DNA of 64,000 nt from an uncultured Gemmatimonadaceae bacterium. Its GTDB lineage: Bacteria > Gemmatimonadota > Gemmatimonadetes > Gemmatimonadales > Gemmatimonadaceae. The stretch is taken from positions 1,888,001 through 1,952,000 of the forward strand of contig CAVUDW010000003.1 in NCBI GenBank assembly GCA_963740355.1, in the 5' to 3' direction. Under the pieces are notes generated by a model, which did not search any database, had not been told where the DNA came from, and saw only the letters and a list, made by a program, of their open reading frames with translations. The position numbers and the translations under genes were made by a program. Position 1 is the first letter of the stretch. The number at the start of each line of letters is the position of its first letter. Below, in pieces: positions 31,410 to 40,379 of the stretch.

Positions 31410-32624
31410 TTACTCCGCGATCGTGATCAACAGTTTCCCCCGTCCCCTGCCGTCGCTGTACTGGCTGTTACCCGGTGACTGGATGACCGCGAACAGCTTG
31501 TCATCGACGTGCTTCAGGCTGATCAGGACGCCAGAGCGCGGGCCGCCAATGAAGCCGGACTTGAAGATCGCGTCGCCGCCCGTCGGCGTGATTCGATTGA
31601 TCTGGGTCTGCGTCCCGCCGGTGAAGTAGTACACGTTACCCTCGTCATCGAAGGTGACATTCGGACCGAGAAGGGCACTCGTGTCGAGGCGAATGTTCTG
31701 CACCTTGACGGTGAAGGTGTTCGTCGTGATGTCGTAGATGAACGTCGAACAGACGCGAGCCGAGCCGTTGTAGATCAGGCCGATGATCTTCGTGCCCGCG
31801 CGATTCCGCTTCGTCGAGATAAAGACGTCGGGGCGATAGTTCGGGAGGGAATTCGCCGCGATGTACTGCGAGATCATGGGCAACCGGACGCTTGCCAGTA
31901 CTGCACCCGTCCCGTAGTTGTAGACTGACAGCGAGTCATTCTTGCCGATGACGAACGCGAGTGGAATGCCGGCAGGAGACAACTCCAACGCGGCGCCAAC
32001 ACTGGTGGCGCCGATCAGCTTGTCGCCCGCCGGCTGCGCCGCACCATTCACCGAATAGAAGGCGATGAGGCGCATGGGCCCACTACTTGGATAAGTGCTG
32101 AAGCAGGCTGCCTCACGACTCGCGTACACCGCGCTGAAACCGTCGCCGCTGAAGCTGTAGGGCACGGGTTGCCAATTTGGCGTACCCGCGATGCTCACGC
32201 CGTTCAAGTACGCAAGTACATCCGTATACGGCACGAGCGACCGTGATCCACAACCAACGGTATACACGCCCAGGTTGCTCGTCGCGAGCGCCGTGGGGAT
32301 GCCGGAGGTAGCAACCGTATCACCGGAGGTGATACTGATTTTCTTCCGATAGTTGGTATAGGTGGCCGGTGCGCCATTGACGCCGCCGAGGCCATACGAG
32401 AAGACGGTGTGAAGGTATCCGTCACTCGTCACGGTCAGGTCTGGCACCAGGTATCCGCCCAGACCCACGTTGTTGGATTCCATTCCCCAGATCTTTCGCA
32501 GGCCTCGGCCACTCACGAAGAACTCATCGCTGGCGCTCGGCGCGACAGGTGCAGCCGCATCGCTACTGCAGCCGAGCAATGCGGCGCCAAACACCGCGAG
32601 TAGGTACGTGGAACGAATCTTCAT
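31410..32624 (-). CDS. hypothetical lipoprotein (beta-rich)
   Basis: 404 aa ORF, lipobox LLGC, coding-like codon usage. Confidence 0.75.
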   Translation of the reverse strand: MKIRSTYLLAVFGAALLGCSSDAAAPVAPSASDEFFVSGRGLRKIWGMESNNVGLGGYLVPDLTVTSDGYLHTVFSYGLGGVNGAPATYTNYRKKISITSGDTVATSGIPTALATSNLGVYTVGCGSRSLVPYTDVLAYLNGVSIAGTPNWQPVPYSFSGDGFSAVYASREAACFSTYPSSGPMRLIAFYSVNGAAQPAGDKLIGATSVGAALELSPAGIPLAFVIGKNDSLSVYNYGTGAVLASVRLPMISQYIAANSLPNYRPDVFISTKRNRAGTKIIGLIYNGSARVCSTFIYDITTNTFTVKVQNIRLDTSALLGPNVTFDDEGNVYYFTGGTQTQINRITPTGGDAIFKSGFIGGPRSGVLISLKHVDDKLFAVIQSPGNSQYSDGRGRGKLLITIAE

Positions 32625-33218
32625 GTGCGCAGTCTGGGGTTTCGGTCAGGGGTCAAACGCGATGATGCACCATCGCGAGTGATCGTGGTGAGCGAGGCTG
32701 TCACGAAGCGAGTGGCGTTGGCTTGGCATCGTCGGATGCCGGTTGTGCCTGAACAGCGCAGAGTTACGCGGCCGAATCGTGCCGTTGAAGCACGAACGGC
32801 ATGCGACGCATGGCTGAACGCGTGCTATCGCCACGGGGCATCAGCTCCAGTTCCAATCGCAGTTTCGCAACCTGCACTCGCAGTTGCGCACAGCATTGCA
32901 CAGCGGCTGGCGACAGTGAGACACTATCGCTGATCGATGAGGCCCGCTATCACCCGAACGGGTGGACGCGATGGTGCGCGCGCTTTGCAAGATTCCAGCC
33001 TTCGCCGCCGCGACACGCACGGCGAGACATGCGACGTCGGGTTTGTGGGGTGAGGCTCCTTGAATGGCCCCACGAAAGGGTGACTCGACATGTGACGGCG
33101 CACCCGTCACTTCGTCTTTGAAGGGCGGTGTCCAACAGACCCGCTCCGCCGAGCGAAACGTGCGTTTCAGGCCGTGCTCCTCGTTCAGCTCTCCCGCGGC
33201 CGCGACGATACTCTGGTC

Positions 33219-34355
33219 ATGCTCCCGATCCTGACAAACGCTGAGGCGCAGACCGCGAAGCCAGAGCGCCGGTCATGTTTGCGATGTGAGGTGCTGCCAG
33301 CACCGATCGATGGCGCAGGCGACCTGCATTGCTGGTTCCCGGCCCCACATGTCGCCCACAAGGCACGCGCCATGTTCCGCGACCTCGGATTGATGCCTCG
33401 CGCGACCGCGGGCGAGGGCATCGCGTGTGCAATTCCGGCCGCGGACCTCGACCGGGTGGAGGCGGGCTTCCGTGATCGGCTCTCCGGAATTGAGTGCGAG
33501 GATACGCGCGTCCTATTGACCGGGATCGACGCGCCGCTGGTGCCCGACGACCTGGCACGCGTCGAGCCGCTGTCGCGCCTCCTGGCGCGTCGGGCAAGTC
33601 ACTGGCTGGTGTCGCTGCTCGAGGATGGGCGCCTCACATCGCATTTCCAGCCGATCATGCATGCCGATGCACCGGAGACGGTGTATGGCCACGAGGCGCT
33701 GCTGCGTGGCGTGGCGACGGGTGGCGAGACAATCCCGCCGAAGAAGATGTTCGATGCCGCGCGCGATGCCGGGATGCTCTTTCAGCTCGATCTCGCCGCC
33801 CGCCGGTCAGCGATCCACGCAGCCACGCAGCACGACTTGCGTGGCGCGCTGTTCGTCAATTTCGCGCCGACGGCGATCTATGATCCGGCGTCATGTCTGC
33901 GCAGCACCGTGGCCGCCGTGGACCAGGCCGGGATCCAGCGTCGCGACGTCGTCTTCGAGATCGTCGAGACCGATCGCGCACACGACCTCGGTCACCTCAA
34001 GCGCATCCTGGACTTCTATCGCACTGCGGGCTTCCGCGTCGCGCTCGACGATGTCGGCTCAGGCTACTCGTCGCTGAACCTGATTCATGAGTTGCGGCCC
34101 GACCTGCTGAAGCTCGACATGGACCTGATCAGCGGTGTCGACACCGATGATTACAAGGCGCGCCTGGTGGACAACCTGCTGAACGTCGCCACCATCCTCG
34201 GTATCGACACACTGGCCGAAGGGATCGAGACCGAAGGCGAGTTGCGCTGGGTGCAAGCACATGGCGCCCGGTACGTGCAGGGTTACCTGCTTGGGCGTCC
34301 ATCGGCGGTACCGAAGCCGGTGGCAACCTCCCTGTCACACCCCGCCGCGGCCTGA
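33219..34355 (+). CDS. EAL domain c-di-GMP phosphodiesterase
   Basis: FQPI, HEALLR, FVNF, FEIVE, ALDDVGSGYSS, LKLD, AEGIE, VQGY. Confidence 0.93.
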   Translation: MLPILTNAEAQTAKPERRSCLRCEVLPAPIDGAGDLHCWFPAPHVAHKARAMFRDLGLMPRATAGEGIACAIPAADLDRVEAGFRDRLSGIECEDTRVLLTGIDAPLVPDDLARVEPLSRLLARRASHWLVSLLEDGRLTSHFQPIMHADAPETVYGHEALLRGVATGGETIPPKKMFDAARDAGMLFQLDLAARRSAIHAATQHDLRGALFVNFAPTAIYDPASCLRSTVAAVDQAGIQRRDVVFEIVETDRAHDLGHLKRILDFYRTAGFRVALDDVGSGYSSLNLIHELRPDLLKLDMDLISGVDTDDYKARLVDNLLNVATILGIDTLAEGIETEGELRWVQAHGARYVQGYLLGRPSAVPKPVATSLSHPAAA

Positions 34356-34563
34356 GGCTCGGTGCACGGGGCGGTGGGGACTGCCTAGCACCATCAACGT
34401 TTGCGCACCCCGTCACGCCGCTCGCCCCGCAGGTCAGCGCGCGACAAACCGTGCCCACGCCTTTGCCGCGCACCGCGCCGCACGGTATGGTATCTGCTGG
34501 CGCACCCGGCACCACGGACCCTGCGACTCCCCGCGCCGCCAACACCGCTGACCAAGGCACGAC

Positions 34564-35487
34564 ATGGGCACGCACATCGGCATGCGGGCGAAGGACCTGC
34601 AGAAGTTCATGATCGTCGCGCGCGAATTGAAGGTCACGATCCTCGTGCGCCACACCAACGACGACTCGCTCAAGTACGTGCAGCAGCCCGGCTTCTATCC
34701 GAAGCCGGCGGCGGTGAAGGCCAAGACCGCTGATCGCAACCCACCGCCGGTGACGCGACTGGTCAACGGTGCACGCAAGGTGACGAACTACGATGTCGCC
34801 GGGCTGGTGGTGCACCCAGGCTTTCAGCCGGGATGCTACGGCGCGTCGAAAGCGGCCAAGGCCTTGGGCTTCTGGACACAGACGATGGAGACGCTGTCCC
34901 CGACGTTGATGAAGACACTGGCCGATCCGGCAAGACCGGAGACGTGGGCGATCTGGGGCGTGGAACGCACCGCCGTGCGCGCGCCGCGATGGAAGTGGCG
35001 CGTGGATATCGACCCCGAATCGCCGCGCTTCGGCTGCCTGCAGCTGCATCGGGCCGACATCGGGTGGTGCTACATCCACGGCGACTACGACCTCAAGGAT
35101 GTCATTGTGAGTGGGCATGAGACCGACAATCGCCGCCACGAAGGAAAGCTCGACGGCGTCAAGAACTTCACGCCCAATCTTTACAACCTGACGTTCGAGA
35201 AGGTGCAGGCCTCGCTCAACATGAAGATGGGTGTGGAGATGGTGCAGCACGGTGCCGAGGCACAATTCGCGTGGCATGGTGACGAGCCGCTCACCGTGGC
35301 GTATCCGGACTGGCGCTTCCTCATCCTGAGCAATGCGACCACGGTGCAAGCCTGGTACGACGAGATGAATCGCAAGGTGCTCGCGACACCGGGCGAGGAC
35401 TACCGCCGCAGCCGGTCGCGCATGTTTCACTTCGGGCCGCAGGGGATGTTCGAGCCGGGGAAGTTGCCGTCGGGGAGTTGGGGTTAG
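34564..35487 (+). CDS. putative class II (anthrax EF/CyaA/ExoY-like) nucleotidyl cyclase
   Basis: ARELKVTILVRHTN, PKP..VKAKTAD, VAG, HGDYDL, MVQHGAE align in order with EF motifs ARELNTYILFRPVN, TKG..VHGKSSD, VAG, TADYDL, VNHGTE. Confidence 0.72.
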   Translation: MGTHIGMRAKDLQKFMIVARELKVTILVRHTNDDSLKYVQQPGFYPKPAAVKAKTADRNPPPVTRLVNGARKVTNYDVAGLVVHPGFQPGCYGASKAAKALGFWTQTMETLSPTLMKTLADPARPETWAIWGVERTAVRAPRWKWRVDIDPESPRFGCLQLHRADIGWCYIHGDYDLKDVIVSGHETDNRRHEGKLDGVKNFTPNLYNLTFEKVQASLNMKMGVEMVQHGAEAQFAWHGDEPLTVAYPDWRFLILSNATTVQAWYDEMNRKVLATPGEDYRRSRSRMFHFGPQGMFEPGKLPSGSWG

Positions 35488-35611
35488 CGGGCGAGGGAAG
35501 ACGCAGCGTTCGTTGCGTGTATGCTGGTCGATCCACGCATTCTGTTCACGTATTCAGTTCACGCAAAGGATCGATGCAGTTTTTGCCGCTGGAGCCGCAC
35601 GAGCACAGTGC

Positions 35612-36196
35612 TCAGCGACTGGTGACCGACTGAAAATAGAAGTCCAGCATCGCCGTCAGCGAGGATGGATTGCCGCGCAGTCGGCTGCGGAGCGCTGCCC
35701 CCTCCCAGCAATCGACAAGCACGTTCGCGAGCCAGCGCGTGTCACACCGTGGGTCCACTGCGCCGTCCAGACGCGCCTCTTCGAGGCATAGTGCGACACG
35801 CGACGCGATGGTCGACAGGCAGGCCTCGATCTTTTCACGAAACCGATCGTCGGTGGCGGCCAGCTCCTGCCCAAGCCCACCCATCAGGCAACCGAGATAG
35901 CCATCCTCCTGGTACTTCTGCTGTGTGGTCTCGAAGAACAGCCGCACCCGCACCAGGGGGCTCCGGGCAACGTCACCGAGGCAGGCGTCCAGGCCAGCGT
36001 GTACATGCCGCATGTACTCGTCGATGACCTGGAGCGCGTAGTCCTGCTTGTCGGCAAAATGGTGGTAGAACGATCCCTTCGGGATGTCCGCAGCATCGAG
36101 CACAGACTGAATGCCGAGTCCGTGGTATCCCTGCTTCAACAGGAGATCGAGGCCGACGTCGAGCAGGCGCTGCTTCGTGGTATGCGTCAACTGCAA
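35612..36196 (-). CDS. TetR family regulator, NemR-like
   Basis: GY.GLGI..VL....IPKGSFYHHF, GCLMG.L.QE, WEGA. Confidence 0.9.
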   Translation of the reverse strand: MQLTHTTKQRLLDVGLDLLLKQGYHGLGIQSVLDAADIPKGSFYHHFADKQDYALQVIDEYMRHVHAGLDACLGDVARSPLVRVRLFFETTQQKYQEDGYLGCLMGGLGQELAATDDRFREKIEACLSTIASRVALCLEEARLDGAVDPRCDTRWLANVLVDCWEGAALRSRLRGNPSSLTAMLDFYFQSVTSR

Positions 36197-36251
36197 CGGT
36201 GTCAGCTCACGGATCGATGGTGACGGCGGTCCTTCAGCTGGTAAGGTACCG

Positions 36252-36638
36252 TCACTGCTTGACCATTTCGATCATGTGATCGATCACTTCGCTGTGTTCC
36301 CGCTGTGGGCTGAACATCACGATCTCTGCGTCGGCGATGACGCGGACGTTATGACCAGGCGGCCAGTAGAAGAGGTCGTTGGTGGTGACGGTCTCCTGCT
36401 CACCCGCCGAGTTCGTCGTCATGATCTCGCCCCGAATCACGAACCCCCAGTGCGGGCACCGACACTCATTGCCGGCAAGACCAACGAACAACGGCGTCGT
36501 GTCGACACCGGCGCCAAGCGAGAAATATTCGCCGCTGATCGTATCGAAGCCCTTCACCGTGCCGAATTCCTTGCGCTGACGGACGACGGCGCCGGGAATC
36601 TCCATCCGGACATCGACATCCTCTTTCGCAACCCTCAT
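36252..36638 (-). CDS. cupin domain protein
   Basis: C.CPHWG.V..G, YWPPGH, FSP..EH. Confidence 0.85.
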   Translation of the reverse strand: MRVAKEDVDVRMEIPGAVVRQRKEFGTVKGFDTISGEYFSLGAGVDTTPLFVGLAGNECRCPHWGFVIRGEIMTTNSAGEQETVTTNDLFYWPPGHNVRVIADAEIVMFSPQREHSEVIDHMIEMVKQ

Positions 36639-36665
36639 GGCAACACCTCCTGGCGGTCAGAATAC

Positions 36666-36691
36666 CCGAGTAGACCGAATGGTCTACTCGG
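36666..36691. promoter_or_regulatory. NemR-type operator
   Basis: Perfect inverted repeat CCGAGTAGACC-GAAT-GGTCTACTCGG containing TAGACC-N4-GGTCTA upstream of the cupin-TetR operon. Confidence 0.85.
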
Positions 36692-36806
36692 CAGAGGATG
36701 GTTGCCAGCGCAGCTGGCGTCAAGAGAGGGCCGTTCTGTTCAGAGCGCTCGCGGCGAGCTCAGCTTTTTGCGCGCCTTCGCATCGCCCTGCAGGCACCAG
36801 CACTCG

Positions 36807-37346
36807 CTATCGGAGGCGCTTCAGCCGCATCTCGAAAATCGGCATCCATGTCTTGCCCTCATCACGCGACACACTGCCCGTCTCGACCCAGCGTCCCTCG
36901 GCGTCGAAAGACATCTCATAGCGAATCAGCCCCGCACGTGGATCGCGCATCGACCAGCGATACCCGTTCGCATCCAGCGTGAAGTCGGGATCGGTCCAGT
37001 TGCCGCCGAACATCGTGAACGTTCGCATGCGAGGCGTGACGTGATCGTGGTCGAGGAAGATCACGGCGAACGCGTCGAACGTCACCTGCTCTGCCCCATT
37101 GGGTATGCGCTCATGGCCGGTGCCCCTCACCGCGAACGCGGTGCCCCCTGCAACGGCCTCGACACGTTCTGTCTGGCGGAGCACGTGACGTGCGCCCGGC
37201 CCCATCACGGCAGTGGCCTCGCCTTCCCACTCGCCAACGAGCTTGGCGAAGAGCGCGAGTTGCGGCGGGGTCGCCGATGGCGCGGGTTGGGCAAAAAGCA
37301 TCAGTGGTGAGAGCAGGAAGGGCACAATCGTCGTCAACACGCGCAT
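36807..37346 (-). CDS. secreted DUF1579-like protein
   Basis: Signal peptide, LVGEWEG, W.E.G.VS.DEGKTW..FEM. Confidence 0.75.
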   Translation of the reverse strand: MRVLTTIVPFLLSPLMLFAQPAPSATPPQLALFAKLVGEWEGEATAVMGPGARHVLRQTERVEAVAGGTAFAVRGTGHERIPNGAEQVTFDAFAVIFLDHDHVTPRMRTFTMFGGNWTDPDFTLDANGYRWSMRDPRAGLIRYEMSFDAEGRWVETGSVSRDEGKTWMPIFEMRLKRLR

Positions 37347-37378
37347 ACGACTCGACTCCAGGGTTCGGGTGATCCCCG

Positions 37379-37421
37379 AAACTGCGTCAGCGACGCGACA
37401 CTGTCTTGATGAAATCGGTCA
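37379..37421 (-). promoter_or_regulatory. AraC-type activator site and -10 element
   Basis: TGACCGATTTCATCAAG-N20-CAGTTT overlapping the AraC stop codon. Confidence 0.55.
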
Positions 37422-38276
37422 TGACCCACCGGGCAGTCGGCGGCTGACCTGGTCGTGCACGGTGCCACGGATATGTGACCCGAACTCCTCCGGGCGAAGG
37501 CCAACCAGCCCTTTGACCTCGTGGTGCAAATGGGCGTGGTCGGCGTAGCCAGCTTCGGCCGCGATGCGTCCCCACTGCTCGACGCCGTCCACCACCTGCC
37601 ATGCGGCACCAAGCAAGCGACGCACACGCGCGAACTGTTTCGGCGCCATCGCCGTTGCGGCACGAAACCGCCGCAGGAGCGTCCTTTCAGCGCAACCGTG
37701 TGCCCGTGCGAGCTCGCTGATCAGCTGTTCGCCATGCGATGCAACCAACGCATCGACCACCGCGCTCACGAGTGGGTCGGGCCGCGCGAACCGTTCACAT
37801 TCGCGGAGCCAGAACGCATCGAATGCAGGTGCAATCGCATCGAGTGGCGTGTCCCTCGCAACGCAGGCGCCGAGCGCGGTCTGAAGCGCCGCTCCGACCG
37901 CACCACCAGCAAAGGCTGCGGGAATCGACAGATTCCGGAGCGACGTCACCGGCACACCGAGAACTGTGGTCGCGGCACCAGGTCGCAGTCGTATCCCGAC
38001 AAATCGATCACCGGGGACCACCGCGACGACCAGTGGCTCGAGCCACGGCCCCGAATAGAGGAGCATGCCAGCGTGTGCTCCTCCAGTTGGAATCAGCAAC
38101 GATGTGCAGCCGTCAGGGGGAACGTGGTGCGCCGGTGGTGCGCCTTGCTGCGCGCTGAACTCCCAGTAGGCCGCAATCCACGGAGTGAGCGTCGGATGCG
38201 GCAGTCGCTCGGCATAACGAAAGGCAGCGCCGTTGGCGGGATCAATCGCACGTTCACGGCTGGGGCGTGCGCTCAT
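37419..38276 (-). CDS. AraC family regulator (DUF6597-type N-terminus)
   Basis: P.L..WI..YW, VPPDGC, GIRLRPG, RTLLRRF....APKQFARV.R, GYADHAHL. Confidence 0.9.
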   Translation of the reverse strand: MSARPSRERAIDPANGAAFRYAERLPHPTLTPWIAAYWEFSAQQGAPPAHHVPPDGCTSLLIPTGGAHAGMLLYSGPWLEPLVVAVVPGDRFVGIRLRPGAATTVLGVPVTSLRNLSIPAAFAGGAVGAALQTALGACVARDTPLDAIAPAFDAFWLRECERFARPDPLVSAVVDALVASHGEQLISELARAHGCAERTLLRRFRAATAMAPKQFARVRRLLGAAWQVVDGVEQWGRIAAEAGYADHAHLHHEVKGLVGLRPEEFGSHIRGTVHDQVSRRLPGGS

Positions 38277-38381
38277 GTGATCGACAGGGCCGAAATGGGT
38301 ACGGACGAATCGAACATGCGATCGTCGCTGGCGAAGGTGAGATGCGTCGGGCCGAAGGCGGTTGGCCGCACGTCCTGGCTG

Positions 38382-38924
38382 CTACACCACGAGCCGGCCA
38401 CGAAATCCACGTGCCGCGTAGTACGACTCCGCTCCATTGTGATACAGGAACACCTGGTCGTACCGACGATCGCAGAAGAGCGCGCCGCCCAGCTTGCGAA
38501 CCATCGCCGGTGTGCTGATCCAACTCGACGTCTTGAGGTCGAACTTGCCCAGCGACTGCAGGTGGCGATACTGCTCCTCGGTGAGCAGCTCGATGCCCAT
38601 CGCCGTGGCCAGTTCGACGGCACTTCCAGCGGGCTTGTTCGCCTTGCGCGCATCCAGCGCCGCACGGTCGTAGCAGAGACTGCGCCGACCCGCTGGGCTT
38701 TCGGGCGCACAATCGCAGAAGACGATCGCGCCGCTCGAGTCCTGGCCGATGACATCCGGCTCACCACCGGTGCCCTCCATCTCGCCAAGCGACTTCAGCT
38801 TGTCTGGATGCGTGTTCAGGCGGCTGAGCACAGCACTCCAGGCAATGCCTGGATGCCGAGCCGTGTTCGCCTCGAAGCGACTTTCGAGGGCTTTGATGAG
38901 GCCTGCATGCTTGCTCGATGCCAT
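38382..38924 (-). CDS. DUF4256-like protein
   Basis: MEGTGGEPDV, ESP.GRRSLCYD, FDLKTSSW, YHNGAESYYAARGFRG. Confidence 0.85.
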   Translation of the reverse strand: MASSKHAGLIKALESRFEANTARHPGIAWSAVLSRLNTHPDKLKSLGEMEGTGGEPDVIGQDSSGAIVFCDCAPESPAGRRSLCYDRAALDARKANKPAGSAVELATAMGIELLTEEQYRHLQSLGKFDLKTSSWISTPAMVRKLGGALFCDRRYDQVFLYHNGAESYYAARGFRGRLVV

Positions 38925-38991
38925 AGCGACGTCTCCATTCCCAGAAAGCCTGACTCGCACAGCGTATCGAGCCGCACGCTGGCGCAAAAAA

Positions 38992-40140
38992 TCACCGCAC
39001 GCAGACCTGCGCCAGTTGCACGAGCACACCTGCTGAGCCCACGCCGACGAAACGCTCGCGGACACGCGTCACCACATCTCGCGCGACGCCAGTCCCGTGG
39101 GCTGCGTCGTTGCGCTGCTCTGCCAGTTGCGCGATGATCGGTGGAAGTGACGTCGCGAACCAGTCACCGCCGTCGAGTTTCGCCTTCAGCCAGTCGCAGC
39201 GGGCCTTCGTTTCCGGGATCGCACGCGCCAGCTCGCCAAGGGTGAGCGAGCCATGCTGCGCCAGGTCCACGGTCTGGCCCTTGATGTTGGTGAAGCGCAC
39301 ATCGGCAGGTGCACCGCGCATGACGGCGCGCAGCAGCAGGTTCACCTGCACCTCCATCGCATTGGCCAGCGAGACGACCACCGGTGACAACTCGTACGCC
39401 ATGTCGTCGCGATGTGCACGGTACGTCGATTCGGCGGTGGCGATGAACCGACGCACACCGGCGTCGAGCGCGGTCCAGGCCGCGATGCCAAAGCGATTGA
39501 GCCGAAGTTCCCGCTGCATCTCACCCACGCCGCGCTGCTCTGCGTCGTACTCGGCCCAGTATCGATCCGCCGCGTACCGGGCACGGGTGCCCTCGTCGAA
39601 CCACTGCGTCTCATCGGCACAGGTGACCATCAACGGGAGATCCACCACACCGCCGTAGATCGACACCGGCCGGTCGTTGTACCGAGTGTTGCGGAGCTTG
39701 GCGAGTTCGGTGGCGACGGCCGTGGTGTCGTCCCACACCAGTTGGCGGATGTCCCAGAGCTGGAACCAGCAATCGCAGTTCAGGCCACGGGCGGCGTAGT
39801 AGGCGGGTACCTGGGCGTCGGGAACGAACGTGGCGCCGGCCTTCACCGCGGCCACATGCGCCACGTAGAGCGAGCGGTAGTCGGTGAGGTAGAGCTGGAC
39901 TTCCGGCGCATTCGGATCGTCAGGGTCGATCTGCGCGTCGAGCGCCAGCACCTCGGGGAGATGCGGGAGTGGCGCCTGACGATTCACGCTACGGACCTTG
40001 CCCCACCAGACGTAGACATCGTCCCGATCGCGTTTTTCCTCTCGCGCTTCGCGCATCGCTGTCAGCAGGACCTCGAGATGCAGTTGAAGCGCATCCGCTT
40101 CGTAGGTCGGATTCCAGACGGTGAGGAGGTGGGTGGTCAG
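38992..40140 (-). CDS. HP0729-like protein with C-terminal HEPN-type RxxxxH motif
   Basis: Frame is open upstream to CTG 40140 (HLLTVWNPTY..LHLEVL); VWWGKVRS, QLYLTDY, PAYY, DIRQLV, SIYG; C-terminal RNDAAH. Confidence 0.72.
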   Translation of the reverse strand: MTTHLLTVWNPTYEADALQLHLEVLLTAMREAREEKRDRDDVYVWWGKVRSVNRQAPLPHLPEVLALDAQIDPDDPNAPEVQLYLTDYRSLYVAHVAAVKAGATFVPDAQVPAYYAARGLNCDCWFQLWDIRQLVWDDTTAVATELAKLRNTRYNDRPVSIYGGVVDLPLMVTCADETQWFDEGTRARYAADRYWAEYDAEQRGVGEMQRELRLNRFGIAAWTALDAGVRRFIATAESTYRAHRDDMAYELSPVVVSLANAMEVQVNLLLRAVMRGAPADVRFTNIKGQTVDLAQHGSLTLGELARAIPETKARCDWLKAKLDGGDWFATSLPPIIAQLAEQRNDAAHGTGVARDVVTRVRERFVGVGSAGVLVQLAQVCVR

Positions 40141-40379
40141 GGCGGTTCCGGGCGTGAATGACGAGAATCAAGCGGTCAGGAGCCCGTATCGACTCAAGAC
40201 TCAATTGAGCATCGATGCGTCACGACGGAAAGGCCACCACGTGAGGCGCTTACGGGTGGGAGCCTCAACGCGCGTACCGGTCTCTGCTGGAGAAAAGCTA
40301 CGCACGCTCCAAAAGCCTTGCCCCTTGTCGGATTTTGCCTCCCACTCATACCATAGAGCACGCACCAGCCAAGGTCACC

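Noticed and set aside
32625..33218. c-di-GMP riboswitch or ncRNA upstream of the EAL gene
   Set aside because: Short hairpins and weak repeats exist, but I could not match class I or class II consensus elements; an Rfam/Infernal scan would decide.
37521..39137. 538-aa plus-strand ORF and similar long shadow ORFs (e.g. 34129..35430, 10053..11357, 36111..37310)
   Set aside because: They lie antisense to well-supported genes, carry no recognisable motifs and are expected in high-GC DNA.
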